Source: Euprymna scolopes
Lineage: Eukaryota
Direction: 5' to 3' (one strand)
Assembly: GCA_053919585.1 (NCBI GenBank)
Contig: CM132803.1
Length of the DNA: 64,000 bases
The translations under genes and the position numbers were made by a program. The notes beneath the pieces were generated by a model that did no database searches, was not told the DNA's origin, and was given only the letters and a program-made list of their open reading frames with translations. This document shows positions 1 through 11,782 of the stretch, piece by piece; the stretch's first letter is position 1, and each line of letters starts with the position of its first letter.

Positions 1-1367
1 CGGAGGAGATATTTTGATTGTTTTTGGAGGTTTTCTGGTACATACCTGAGATAATTCCGACTCATATTTCGCGGCTATCACCCATACCCCATCTGTTATC
101 CTAATAGCTTTTGATAGCATTATATTTAGAAGGACTATTATTGACAATGCTGCCCTATTCCCTTTCTATTATCCTTGAATAATTCCATTACACATGAATG
201 GTGATTGCTGAGTGTATATATCAGGCTATTAGACACGCAGCTTCCGAGCTTCGGGAGAGGTAAGCAACATGAACTTTCCTCTCGTTTGGTCAAGAGCAAT
301 ATTTTCAGATTCTATTTTGCACTTTGCGACAGTTCCCAATCCCTGTTTCTCATATGGATAGGGAATCGGTAAATTAATAACTTGAAAGACTTCATATATG
401 CTACTGGAATCTAACGACGGAAGCGACACCACAATCAGCAATCTACCGTCTTCGATGAGAGTTAGACAACCCAATGACTTATAATAATGCCACAGCTCAG
501 CTGTGGGATCTGCTGACAAACTTAGGTGATGGGGTAGTTTGGCCTGAACTTCCAGTATGTGGTCTTTTAATGCGGAAGGTTCCACTATATTTGGAGACAA
601 ATGACCCAAAGCTAGCATATCTAACTGGACTTGCAAATTTCGTATAGAGCCTAACAATGCGTGCAACTTTTTCTGCAATTGTTTGATGATTGTTAAAAAA
701 ACGAAGCTATTTCCTTATGCAATCTTCCAGTTTTATCACTCGGATTGTTAATTCTCCAGTGACATTTCTAATCACCACTTGCATTTTCTTAAATCCCTCC
801 ACTAACTCATTTATTTTGCGACGGTTATCGGCTAGTTCTACTCTGGTTATATTTAGAATAGTAATACTATCCTTCTCTACCTGAGCCAATTCCATCTGAC
901 CTCTTTCAGAAGCCTTTAATCTTTTCTTTAGGTCATCTAATTCCTCCTCTGTTATAGTCCCCAAAAGTATGTTTAACGCTTTCCCCATTATGAGAAGTAC
1001 TGATGTCTTTTCCCTATTTTGTAATAGTGTTAATTCATCCAAATATTTTTCTATAACCTCCACACTAGTTTTTATAATCTGTATGTCCTGCAAAAGTGGG
1101 CACCACAGATTTAAAACCTTTACCTTTTTCATTAGCTATGCAATCCTTTGCCAAACTCTTTCCTACTAAGGTGACCTCGTCTATTTCTTTTTTCAACTTA
1201 TTTGGTGAGGAATGATAGTGTTTGAAGTTCATCGTAAAAACTATTAGCCATTTTGACCTTGTAATTGTCATCTCACTTGTTTTGCGGAAAATTACATTCT
1301 GACTATGTCGCATGGATGCTACTGTTGTCAGCATGCTCAGCAGGAGTAGAGACTTCAATTCAGCCAT
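1..1367 (-). pseudogene. env: Envelope (baculovirus F-like class I fusion protein) gene of an env-bearing Gypsy element, frameshifted, runs off window
   Basis: Consecutive minus ORFs 1065-1367, 707-1132 and 229-678: signal peptide MAELKSLLLLSMLTTVAS; NVIFRKTSEMTITRSKWLIVF; degenerate furin site REKT followed by fusion-peptide-like SVLLIMGKALNILLGTITEEEL; heptad region; GHLSPNIVEP...LWHYYK motif. Confidence 0.75.
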
Positions 1368-1400
1368 CCTACAAGAGAATAGGGGGTTAAATTCAGTCGG
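1368..1400 (-). promoter_or_regulatory. Splice acceptor immediately upstream of env ATG
   Basis: Minus strand reads CTGAATTTAACCCCCTATTCTCTTGTAG|G ATG GCT: branch-like site, pyrimidine tract and AG one base before the start codon. Confidence 0.6.
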
Positions 1401-1592
1401 TTACTAATGAAAGGTAACCTGGTTCCGGCTAACTTTAACATCTAATTCTTCCCAATCTTTCTGTCTATATATTCCTTCTCTATTCTATATTTTATTTTAT
1501 CTTATTTTGTTTTTCAAACACATCTAGGCATACTTACATAAACATATCTCTGTCCTATAATGTCTGTTTTAGATTTTATCCAGCACCTATGC

Positions 1593-1865
1593 TTATTTCG
1601 CTGGGTAACAACTTGGTGCAAGCTGGTAATGAGTTATATTATGGGATTGGCCAGATCGCAAGTCATCCCCTTTTTTATTTTGATAGCTTCTTAATCTGTA
1701 TTTTAAAGGTGTATCTTCTTTTTTTTTAATATTTTTTTGTAACTCTGACAGGGGAATTTTGTCTTCACTCTCCCAACTATCTGATTCATTTTGCATAAAG
1801 GCATTTCCTACTTCTTCAATTTCTATTTGTGGCCTTGCGGGAAATTTATTTGCTACGTATTCCAC
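1593..1865 (-). mobile_element. Probable Gypsy pol (integrase) C-terminal tail upstream of env
   Basis: ESDSWESEDKIPLSELQK...KYRLRS resembles acidic/basic tails of Gypsy integrases; position directly 5' of env. Confidence 0.4.
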
Positions 1866-2841
1866 GAGGTGTATGTCAATTAAGCTTTAAAGAAAACACA
1901 AAGGAAATAGCATGAATAAATGAATAACAAAGAGATACTTTAAGAACATGAAAGCATTAACATTTATTAGGGAGAAAAGATCACAAAGGGTTGGGACAAA
2001 GGAAAACTGCAAAGTTCAATTATCAAAATATACTCAAGTTCAGATGTTCACCAGTTCGACTGTAAAGTAGCTGCCTAGAATTGTCCTTCAGGCAAGCGCA
2101 AAGTTTAATTTAACAAACGGGAGAGAAATCAGAAATTAGAGGTTTTGAAAGGTATAGAAACTTACTGTGTGGTTATCGTTCAATAATCATCTTTTTTTCT
2201 TTAAATGTGTATCTTATATACATATATCCTCTTCGCCTTTTCCGAAGATACGTAATTCTTTAACTCTTTCAAAGTTCATTTTCGATGAAGGAATTAATCC
2301 AAGTACAAGCACTGATTAGGTAAAATCCTTAGTCTGCAAAAAACTCTTCAGTAGGTGTATCCTTTATAGCGCCACGACAACGACCATAATTCAGCTTTCA
2401 TCTTGACTGCTCCGTAGATGATATTTAAATTGCCGCATGTGCGTCACTTTCCACGATCAGATTCTAACTTGAAAAAGATCGATTTTCTCTTTCTCTTCAC
2501 ATTACCAAGGTACTACAGCTTGGTCTCCTTTTCGGAGCATCTTCCTTGAACACTCCAGCATACCTTTATATTCGTTCATCTGAATAATGAAATGCATTTC
2601 CATTTTAAAGACTGATATTGTCTGAGTTCCTCGAGACTTTCGTAACGGCGTGTTACGTGCATCAATTCTTCTCTGAAACCGGTTGTTCGTTCTTCAATTT
2701 CTTGTCAAAAAAAGGGCGGTGAAAACCCTTAGCCAATCAAATGTCATGACAGATGGCGTGATCTTAAGTCATCAGCAGCAGCTTCTTAATCTAACACAAA
2801 AAAACAAGAAAGGGAAGGAAAGAGATAAAGAAGGAAAGAAA

Positions 2842-3956
2842 TTAAATTTCTGACAGACTAGCGTTTTCTAGAATGCAGAAACATAGTTCACCTTTATTGT
2901 TCTTTAGCGAGATTTTCGTATTGCCTCTTTTCAAAACGCTATCATTTACTCGACTCCCGTCAGCTAGTTCTACAAAATGATTTTGTGGCTTAAAGTTGGG
3001 GTCAAAATTGATAAAATCAAATTCCTTTGTAATCACATATGCCGTGGCCCTACAATCGACAAGAAAATTATTATTGTTTGTTGAAGCATTAAACGTACAC
3101 AAAAAAAAATACATGTTCGCTAACAGAGCTCTCTACATTTTTAATGGAGTCGCCATTTTGAGTCCTGTATCTACATTGGAAACTCTTGTGATTAGGTCGT
3201 CCACAATTATAGCAAATAATTTTTGTACTTTTCTTAGGAGAAAAATTGTTTTTGGCAAAGTTGCGGTTTTTATTTCTGGCATGGGTATAATTTAATTTTG
3301 GTGTTTTTATGTGTGTATTTTTAAATTTCATGATATTTGTGGATTCGTTTTTTTCTGTGATCATTTTTGTGTGATCGTTTTTTTCTGTGATCATTTTTTC
3401 AGTTTCTTCATAACTTCTGAGTGCTACCTTGAATTGGCTAAAAGTCAGGGGTTTTTCTTTCTGGGTTATAAATGGCTTGGTGATAAATGGCTTGAAATCA
3501 CTCAGTAATCCTTTAAGGACCATGGAAAGTAACAGGCTGTCACTTATAACTTCACCAGACATTTTTAAAGAATTTGCAGTCGTTTCGGCTCTTATAATAT
3601 AATCAGTAATAGTTTCGGCTTCCATTCGTTTTAGAGAGGTCAGTTCAGTGTATAAAGAAATAATTTTGGGTTTTTCTTTCAATAAATAGTGCTCTCTCAA
3701 TATGTTTAATGCTTTGCAGCCATCGTCCAGGGCTTCTCTCATTACCAGTGATAAACTTCGGTCATCTAAACATTGTATTAATTCCGCAAAGACAGTTGCG
3801 TTCTTTTCAATGAAGTCGGGGTCGTTTCTGTTTTGAGGTTGTGTTTGAAGTACTTTGTATCTTTTGGATTCGTAGATATCCTAGAAATTTAACTTGCCAC
3901 AATTTGAATTTTGATTCGGATCCATCGAAATAAAGATGCACGCTGGGCCCATAACC
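2842..3956 (-). mobile_element. Copia LTR retrotransposon 5' fragment (PBS, gag, zinc knuckle, protease)
   Basis: Gag KALNILREHY...KIISLYTELTSLK...TDYIIRAE; CCHC knuckle CYNCGRPNHKSFQC; protease FLVDCRATAYV; PBS GGTTATGGGCCCAG (+ ctgggcccataacc, 3943-3956), the internal tRNA-iMet half-molecule PBS of copia. Confidence 0.9.
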
Positions 3957-3984
3957 TCTAGAAGTGTAAGCCATGTTTAGTTTC

Positions 3985-4112
3985 AGAACAGTTTCAGATG
4001 GTTCGTTGTTCTAAACAAGTCTTGAGAGGTGACTGGTTTGCAGTAGACAGAACAGTTTCTGATGGTTCGTTGTTACACAAGTCCCGAGAGGTGACTTGTT
4101 TGCAGTAGACAG
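3985..4112. repeat. ~63-bp tandem duplication (2 copies)
   Basis: agaacagtttc(a/t)gatggttcgttgtt...gagaggtgact(g/t)gtttgcagtagacag occurs twice in tandem. Confidence 0.85.
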
Positions 4113-4657
4113 TTCCACAGAGCAAAATATTCTTACCGTGTCGAGACGGGGAAAAAACATGTGAAATTGGTACAGAAAAGGTTTAATATTTATGCAGCAA
4201 TTCTGGTTTCTGATTGGTTGGTAGCAGAACGTGAATTAATTCGATTTGTCAGTTCCTAGCAGCATTGTTTATAAATAGAATCGTTCGACTGTGTGGGATC
4301 ATACCCCATTATACTTCCAAAATATTGCAACACTTTAGAAGCAAGACTTCTGACCCGGAGTCTATCGATGTTCCTACCTGCTTGCCCATATCTACCCTAC
4401 ACATCATGACCGAGGCCTGTGTGAATAATTCATATTCTTCTGCTCCTTTTGTGTTGAGAATTTTAATCATTTCCCATTTCGAGCTGGAATCTTTTGGATT
4501 TGTTTTCATTTTAGGAACTAGAGTACCCTTATTCTGTTTCTCCTTTAATGATTGAATATGGTTAGTTTTGCAACTTTTAGTTTGTGCCGGTGTTTTGGTT
4601 TTTTGTTTTTCTGAAGTTGACTAAGTTACATTCTCGCTTTTAGACCTCGGACACATT

Positions 4658-5442
4658 TGTAGTGGATATATTATATATATCCCCGAGTCGTAAAAAACAT
4701 GAAAAATGAATTGTTTTGAGAAAGAGACGAACGTTTTAAATTGAATTAAATGAACTAAAATTTATTTCGTGAAGAAACACAGGAAAGAATAGGGTACAGC
4801 ACACATTTAGTTTGGCGTGCATCTCTGGTTGTTTACTTGTGAGAAGGAAAGTCTATTGTTTGGCATGTGTCTCTCGCTGGTGAGAGGGAAAGTCTATAGT
4901 TTAGCATGCATCTCTTGCTGTTAGCTGGTAAGAGGGAAAGTCTATTGTTGTAGAGAGAGAGAGAATCAATCCAGGCGATGGAGATAGAAAATGTGTAAGG
5001 TGTACGTACTGTCTGTTAACTCTTGCCCCCACACATATAGTAACAGGGGATGTGACGTGTGCGCGTGCCACGAAAGGGACAAATGGTTTGTCGACCACTC
5101 AGCTCAGAAGGCGAGTCGAAAAAGGGTAGGAAACAGCTTGTCTCTTGCTTTTATAGTTGTTTCCGGTGGTCTTTTGCGCATGTGTGGATTTCCTTCAAAG
5201 GGGAAGTAACGTTGCCCATGTGTGCACGTATGTGTGCATACATGTGTGTATGTTAGCGTGTGTGTGTATACACATGAATGTGAGTGTATGTACGCGAACA
5301 TGAATATATGTACGTGTGTGTATGTGTGCGCGTATGTGTATAACAAGAAAAGTGGTTTGAAATGCGAATGCATGTTTTTGTGTGAGACTAGGTAAGGCTC
5401 CCAAAATACTCCCCTTCCCAGGGAAAAAAAATATGCAGTGTA

Positions 5443-5480
<38 letters not shown>

Positions 5481-5516
5481 GTAAGTAATGTTTTCGGCAG
5501 TTGTCTTTTCGTCCTG

Positions 5517-5547
<31 letters not shown>

Positions 5548-7246
5548 GTGTGGTTGTTTAAACAACGTCAAAAACGGAATCTGTTCATAAAAAAGTATTT
5601 ACTTACGCGTGGAAAAGGCGCGTACTCTTTCTTTTTAGGCTGACATTTGTTTTGTTTGTTTTTTTGTTGTGTGCTGACATGTGCAACGAGTTGCTTGGAC
5701 AGTGAAGTGAATTGTTCATTTAGAAGGAAAATTTTTTGTTTCGTGTTGACATCGTGTCTCAAGTTGACGGTGTCTTCGCAAATGAGTCTGCGGTAGTGTG
5801 TGTGTAAATTTTCTGTACGGGCGTTTATTGTGCATTCGTTTGTGTTGAATGAGTTTCCAGTTGCCGGTGTCAATGAAACTTCCAGTTGTGAGTTTATCTG
5901 TGTGCGTGGTGCATCTCAACTCATTGTTAATTCAGCTTCTTCCTATGTGTTGATAGTGATGTCCTGTAATTGTTTCTTTGTTGTTGCGTCTGCTGAATGG
6001 GAGAGAATGTGCATAGGCCTATGTGATTTTGCTCCTCGCGTTTGTTGCAGGGTAATGTTAGGAAACCGTGAAAAATGTTTGCCCAGCTCGAATTTTTTAA
6101 AAATTCGGTATGAAGTCGACAGCTCCGTGTTTATTTTTCTGCCGAGTCTGACAAGGAGTTTCGTCATTGTAGTTCGTTGAGGTTCTTGTCAGTAGTAGGT
6201 CACTTGTTTTTCTTTGTTGAAATGTTCGGGGGTTTTTTGTTTATCAAACAAAACGCGCGTCTTGCTCAAAACAATCAATTTCAAAAAGATAGGGTCACCA
6301 TGCATGTTTGTTTCACATCAGTCAGTCACCAGTTTGTTGCAGGACTTGTGGATTAGAAGGAAATGCGTGTTCATCTAACGTTCGGGTGTCACCAATTTGT
6401 TGTGGTCTGGTGGTATAGAAGGAAATGCATGTTCCTCTCGCGTTCGGGTGTCACCAATTTGTGGTGGACTGGTGTAGGGTATAGAAGGAAATGCATGTTC
6501 ATCTCACGTCAGGTCACCAATTTGTTTTGGACTGGTGGATATATTATATATATCCCCCAGTCGTACAAAATATGAAAAATAAATTGAATTGAGAAAGGAA
6601 AAATGAATTGTTTTGAGGAAGAGACGAACAACGTGTTAAATTGAATTAAACGAACTAGAATTTATTTCGTGAAGAAACACATGAAAGAAAAGGGTACATC
6701 ACGCGTTTAGTTTGGCATGCGTCTCTCGTTGTTTACTTGTGAGAACGAAAGTCTATTGTTTGGCATGCGTCTCTCGCTGTTAGCTGGTGAGAGGGAAAGT
6801 CTATTTTTGTAGAGAGAGAGAGAGAATCAATCCAGGCGATGGAGATAGAAAACGTGTAAGGTGTACGTACTGTCTGTTATTTCTTGCCCCCACACATACA
6901 GTAACTGGGGACGTGACGTGCGCCCCAAAAGGGGCGAATGGTTCGTCGACCACTCAGCTCGGAAGGCGAGTTGAAAAAGGGTAGGAAACAGCTTGTCTCT
7001 TGCTTTTATAGTTGTTTCCGGTGGTCTTTTGCACATGTGTGGATTTCCTTCAAAGGGGAAGTGACGTTGCCCATGTGTGCGTACATGTGTGTATGTTAGC
7101 GTGTGTGTATACACGTGAATGTGAGTGTATGTACACGAACGTGAATATATGTATGTGTATGTATGTGTGCGCGTATGTATATGACAAGAAAAATGGTTTG
7201 AAATGCGAACGCGTGTTTTTGTGTGAGACAAGGTAAGGCTCCCACA
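4658..7246 (-). mobile_element. Non-autonomous LTR retrotransposon (~2.6 kb, LARD/TRIM-like), ~730-750-bp LTRs, non-coding interior
   Basis: Direct repeats 4658-5405 and ~6523-7246; TG...CA outer ends; 4-bp TSD CATT (4654-4657 and 7247-7250); PPT GGGAAGGGGAG on minus at ~5408-5419; tRNA-Trp-like PBS TGGTGACCTGACGTGA at ~6504-6519. Confidence 0.85.
6291..6535 (-). repeat. Tandem array of ~62-bp units, each carrying a PBS-like TGGTGAC and LTR-end-like bases
   Basis: tcacca ends at 6300, 6331, 6394, 6456 and 6519 (62-63-bp period for the last four); shared core tagaaggaaatgc(a/g)tgttc. Confidence 0.8.
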
Positions 7247-8354
7247 CATTTGTTCGTAATAATTCCGGCGTACATGCTGATTTGAGGTATTCCCTTTTTT
7301 TGTACTGCTTGTCTACGGCTGTAACAATGATGACTCTCCAGATCATTTTCTATGGTAACCCTCCGCCTTAGTACTGTACGATAGCTATTCCCTCCTGTTG
7401 CCAATAATTTCTACCAGAAAATTTATTAATTTTTTCTTGTTTCTCACAGCCCCGAAGTCGCTCATAAAGCCTTTCACTTTCTCTGGCTGATGACAAAGCC
7501 TCTGATAGTGTCTTCAGGTTGGCTCTGGCCACATCTTCCTTAATGAAAGTATTGTTTATTCCATCAATGAAGAATTCGGCTAGCTGTACTTGTACAGCTG
7601 ACTCTTCTCTCAGTTCAGAGTCTTTATAAGCCTTGCAAGACTTGACATTCTACTTGCAAGCGATTCATTTGTTCCTTGCATCACATTAATCAATGCTCGA
7701 GCAGCATCAGCAGGGTTGACAAACTTTTCATACTGTGCTGTGATCTCATCGAATAGGGCTTTACTGGAAGTGTCTGAATGGTCATCAAGATAAATTCTAA
7801 TTCATTCGGATACAACTCCATCTGAATAGCCATAGCTTAAGTTAATTAAGTCAGGGTCCATTAAATCATGGACCCCTTGTTTTTGTTTTTTAATGCCATT
7901 AGCCATGGTTTCAAATCTGTTGGCTTTCCAGTAAAAATTAGGATCTCCGATCCAACTGTTAGCAACATAGGTGAAATGTTTGAATGGGAAGTCGCCATTG
8001 TATTAAGAAAAACAAATACACCCAGAAGCTATTCAGAAATGAACCAAAAATGCACAATGAATGAAAAGAACAAAGAAAAATAGTCACTTACGTCGACACT
8101 AAAGTTTTCTGGTGATACTTTTCCTTGAGTGGCTGTGTAGGTTGAGCTAATTGCTTCCTGGGCTGGTTTCTGAGTGAAGTCTCGTTGCGCCGGTGAATTA
8201 GCTGAGTGTTAACCTTGTTTTGAAGCATCAAAATGTATTTGTGGTCGATACTGAATTTTGTGGAACAGATGCCACAAGATCCACCATGGGAATTAACAAG
8301 GGTCAATCCTGCATTTGGTAACTAACTAGAATAAATCTTGGTCACAGCACCAAA

Positions 8355-8961
8355 TGTGGTACAATATATTCATGAAACCGATTTGGCCGATGGTTTTGTG
8401 ATCACCACATGTTTCAACTGGTCTTTCTCTGTTTCCTTCCATTCCCATGTTGCTTTAAGATATGTAAAAAGAAAAAATGAGTATGGTCTAGTCAACGAAG
8501 GTTGAATTTGTTGCTGGAGGGAAGAAAAGTTGCCAAGCAAACAAAAGAAAATGTCGGAAAGTGTTTGTTATAAACAATAACAACGTTTATTAACACAATC
8601 TTCAACAAACATCATGGAATGGGGTGATTGCGGTTGACTGGCAGAATAAAGTTTTCTTAGAAAATCTTAACTGCAATTAGGCAGCGTTAATGATGTAGAA
8701 CGGAGTGGCAACGGATTTGGTTCTTTAAGTGGCGACAAAAAAATGAACCAACTTGATTTTTGGCGACAAAAAAAATGAACCAACTCAATTTTTCGCTTTG
8801 GGTATTCTCTATTGGCCTGAATCCTTGAACAATCAGTGTCTGATTGGTCAGCTAATGGAGATTGCTGACTAATGGCTATCATCATAACAATCACCTAGTT
8901 AGCCTCTGATTGATTTTAGATAATCGGCCAATTAGTTGCAGTCATTGGGAGGGGCTATACA
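8355..8961 (-). mobile_element. Putative 5' LTR of the His-PBS Gypsy (far boundary uncertain)
   Basis: TG starts 2 nt from the PBS; minus-strand AATAAA near 8587; several CCAAT boxes; internal 31-bp duplication at 8730-8792. Confidence 0.4.
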
Positions 8962-9459
8962 GAGCAATTCTGTGATTAGTTGATGAATGATGTATAGCCA
9001 CCTAGTCGTTGTGCCAAACTTGTATGCAATTCCAAGTTAGGCCGACCCAAAATGTTTGCCAACTTAGAAATATGTTTATTGTTTATAATTTTGAAAATTA
9101 TGCTTTTCAGCAGGTGCAAACACCTGCACTTTGTAGTTTTATAGGTCTTTGCTCGAGTCACAATCTCTTTGCACTTAAAATGTTGGATTCCCAAAACGAA
9201 TTTATTTTACTTATATGATTTGTTTATAATTTTGAAAGGTCTATACACCTGCAGATGGTTTTTGTTTTATTGACAGTTTTATAGGTCAGTCCTGTTCTTG
9301 CTCAGGTCACCATCTTTTTGCACTCAATGACAGTTTATTACACTTGATTCTTAAAAAGTGTTGGCTACCCGAACGAATTTTATACTGTTCAATACTATAA
9401 TAACTATTATCATAATTTAATTAATTGTTATTTAATTAACTTCGCCAGTCAACTTTTTC

Positions 9460-10070
9460 ACACTTAACTATAAGTGTCATACATAGACTCTAGCTGTTTT
9501 TTTCTGAGAATCTCTCTTTGTAGAAGCACAAGGGTTACATTTAACAAGAGCCGCATAAAGTGTGCCCGAGAGATGATGGTATCGATATCCAAGCACTTTT
9601 TCTCAACATTACCATGATTACTCATTTTCTTTTGAACCCTTACATGGTCCGTATTGCAAGACTGCCTGAAGTAATCATTCCTGACAGAGAGCATGCAACC
9701 CACACAGTTCCTCTGGATTATCACTTAACATGACAAGATTATCCATGTAAACCGATTCTCCATCATATATCTACAATTATGCATGGGATATTGAGCAGCA
9801 TGGTATCGGAGAACATAATTTAAAGGGGCTAAAAGCAAAACCCCAAAATGATGTTGTATCTAAAACAGCGTAGGTGACCTCCATCTTTTAAGAAAAAACA
9901 AAATCGGTTCTTATTCTAGCTTCAGACCAATAATCAAGAAGGCCTTCTTGATGTCTGCCAATACAACATGATTATTTGTGCGAAAGATGAGCAGTAAACC
10001 CAAAAGATCACTCGTGAGATCCACTTCATGGTAGGTTGTTTAAGATATTTCATCTCCCCTGTTTTTTGCT
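9460..10070 (-). mobile_element. BEL/Pao reverse transcriptase fragment, degraded
   Basis: Minus translation DLLGLLLIFRTNNHVVLADIKKAFLII...RFCFFLKDGGHLRCFRY...SPF...YMDNLV. Confidence 0.8.
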
Positions 10071-10561
10071 CCATGACAGTGGCAAAATAAGACAAATACA
10101 ACAAAAGCCTACCTTAAATTCAATAAAAATTTTATTAGTTTCTCGGTTGCAAAAAGGAATGCCCGTTTTGCCTCTGTAGAAAGAGCTGCTAATAACCATG
10201 AAAGGTGATAGTCTTTATCTTCAACAGGAACTAGATGCAGGTTCATCTGCCTTCACAGATTTGAGTTTACAGCTGTTGAAGGGGGCCATTATGATGCCTT
10301 CTGATGAAAAGATACAATTATTGCCTTGAGACGATATTACAGAAGTTCATAATTAATGTTCATTGAAGGAAAGGTCCTTCTGGGAGACGCATAATAATAA
10401 TTGAGCCTAATTATTTAGGCTTAAAATTGAAGTCTCAAAGAGACGAAGGTTGAAGACTCCAAAAATGCCTCCTATGTGGTGGGTGAGTTCCAATTGATAC
10501 TTCTTGAACGGCTATCTTGGTCGGAACTGAAAAAAAAAGGCATGCATGTGTTATATTCGTG

Positions 10562-11176
10562 TGTTACGGACGAATATGCGTATGGTTGCAAAACATAAGA
10601 TGAAATTAAGTAAATTAATATATATTTATTTACCACAAGAAGTTGAGAAGATTAATATAAGTGTTTATTACCGCAACACATGAGATACTGTTGGCATCCG
10701 TTAATAGTCAGCTAGCGGCGAGAGCAGGGTCTGGTGATGGCTCATCCGTTAAGGACGTCGTTGTTGATAATGTCAGGTATAGGAGTGGCTCGTCTGGTCG
10801 TAACGTCGTGAATATGATACGTAGTACGGTAAATATGGGGTACTCACGAGACACTTAATTAACGGACGTTTGTTTGGTAGTAGTCATCTCGCAGCTCCCT
10901 TTCAGTCATCCACGTGTTGCCCCTTCCTTTTTTTTTCTCCTTCCTCTACCGGAAGTCCCCCCGAAAAAACTGCCCCGCAGATGACCAAAGAAAATCCCTT
11001 TCCTCTCCGCACTTGAGACGACAACAACTTCCGTCTCTCGCAATCACGGCAAGATCTCATCTTGTAACACATGCAAAAAGCCCGCCAAGGCAAACCACCC
11101 CGTAGTAAATACACCAATCTGATTGGTTCAAAACAAATACAATGGGAGGCATGATGTAATTGTCAAATTTCTAACA
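10562..11176. mobile_element. Candidate solo LTR
   Basis: TGTTA...TAACA ends, minus-strand AATAAA motifs, GC-richer U3-like part; no clean TSD. Confidence 0.4.
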
Positions 11177-11782
11177 GTTGCTTCATTAAGAAAAGGAGAG
11201 TCCCCAATCTTGAGACTGCAGTTGAGCACTGGCTGAGTTTTAGAAGTAGGGTTTAATTTCAAGACAGGTCTGTGTGGAATCCAAATGAATTTCTTAAATC
11301 ATTGGAGGCTCAAAAATCTATTCTATTATTTCCTGACGTTCCTGCTGAAGAAAAACTTGCAAGTATTCCTGACAAAGTTGCTTCTTCAACTTTTGCACTA
11401 CATGTTTCAATATGCACAAGGCCACCACATGGTTATCAGGTACATGAGATATTTTGCCATCCTTCCAGAGTAACTGCACATCGTATTTGTTATCTTCGAA
11501 TGAGACTGCTTGTTGAAAGAGAGCAATCTTCTTTTTGTCATAGTCGGTCACTTCTTGTTTCTTCACACTAAGCACGTTCTCAAACCTCCTTTGCACGTCA
11601 CTGTCCAGGAAAAAATCACTTAGAGGATTCTTATACGTGCTCTGAGACTCAAGCACAAAACACAGGTGAGAGGGGTTAACTTCAGCAGTTGATGCAAGGA
11701 CCAAATTAAAGACAAGGTACTCCAGTATCTTGTCCAGAGAATGCTCTAAGTAAAGGAACTGCTTCACCTCACCAAAGTGAAC
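11177..11782 (-). mobile_element. BEL/Pao pol fragment (region just upstream of RT)
   Basis: FEDNKYDVQLLWK...NHVVALCIL...EYLQVFLQQERQEIIE...WIPHRPVLK...PVLNCSLK..SPFLNEA. Confidence 0.8.

Larger units (their letters stand above)
4300..8352 (-). mobile_element. Degraded Gypsy PBS-gag-protease, split by the 4658-7246 insertion
   Basis: PBS TGGTGCTGTGACCAAGATT (8334-8352; tRNA-His-like); gag remnants 7251-8010 (FTGKPTDLKPWL...AARALINVMQG...QLAEFFIDG) resemble the gag at 33419-35086; protease IDSGSEV in ORF 4309-4509. Confidence 0.7.

Noticed and set aside
5059-5571. His/Thr-rich ORFs here and at 6827-7404 as genes
   Set aside because: They are translations of degenerate (CA/TG)n tracts and homopolymers inside LTRs.
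6291-6535. Regularly spaced repeats as a CRISPR array
   Set aside because: Whole units are similar (no unique spacers), there are no cas genes, and the context is a eukaryotic LTR element.
10562-11176. TSD-confirmed solo LTR splitting one BEL copy
   Set aside because: Flanks (cgtg vs gttg) do not match and the two BEL pieces appear to overlap in coding position, so it is kept only as a low-confidence candidate.
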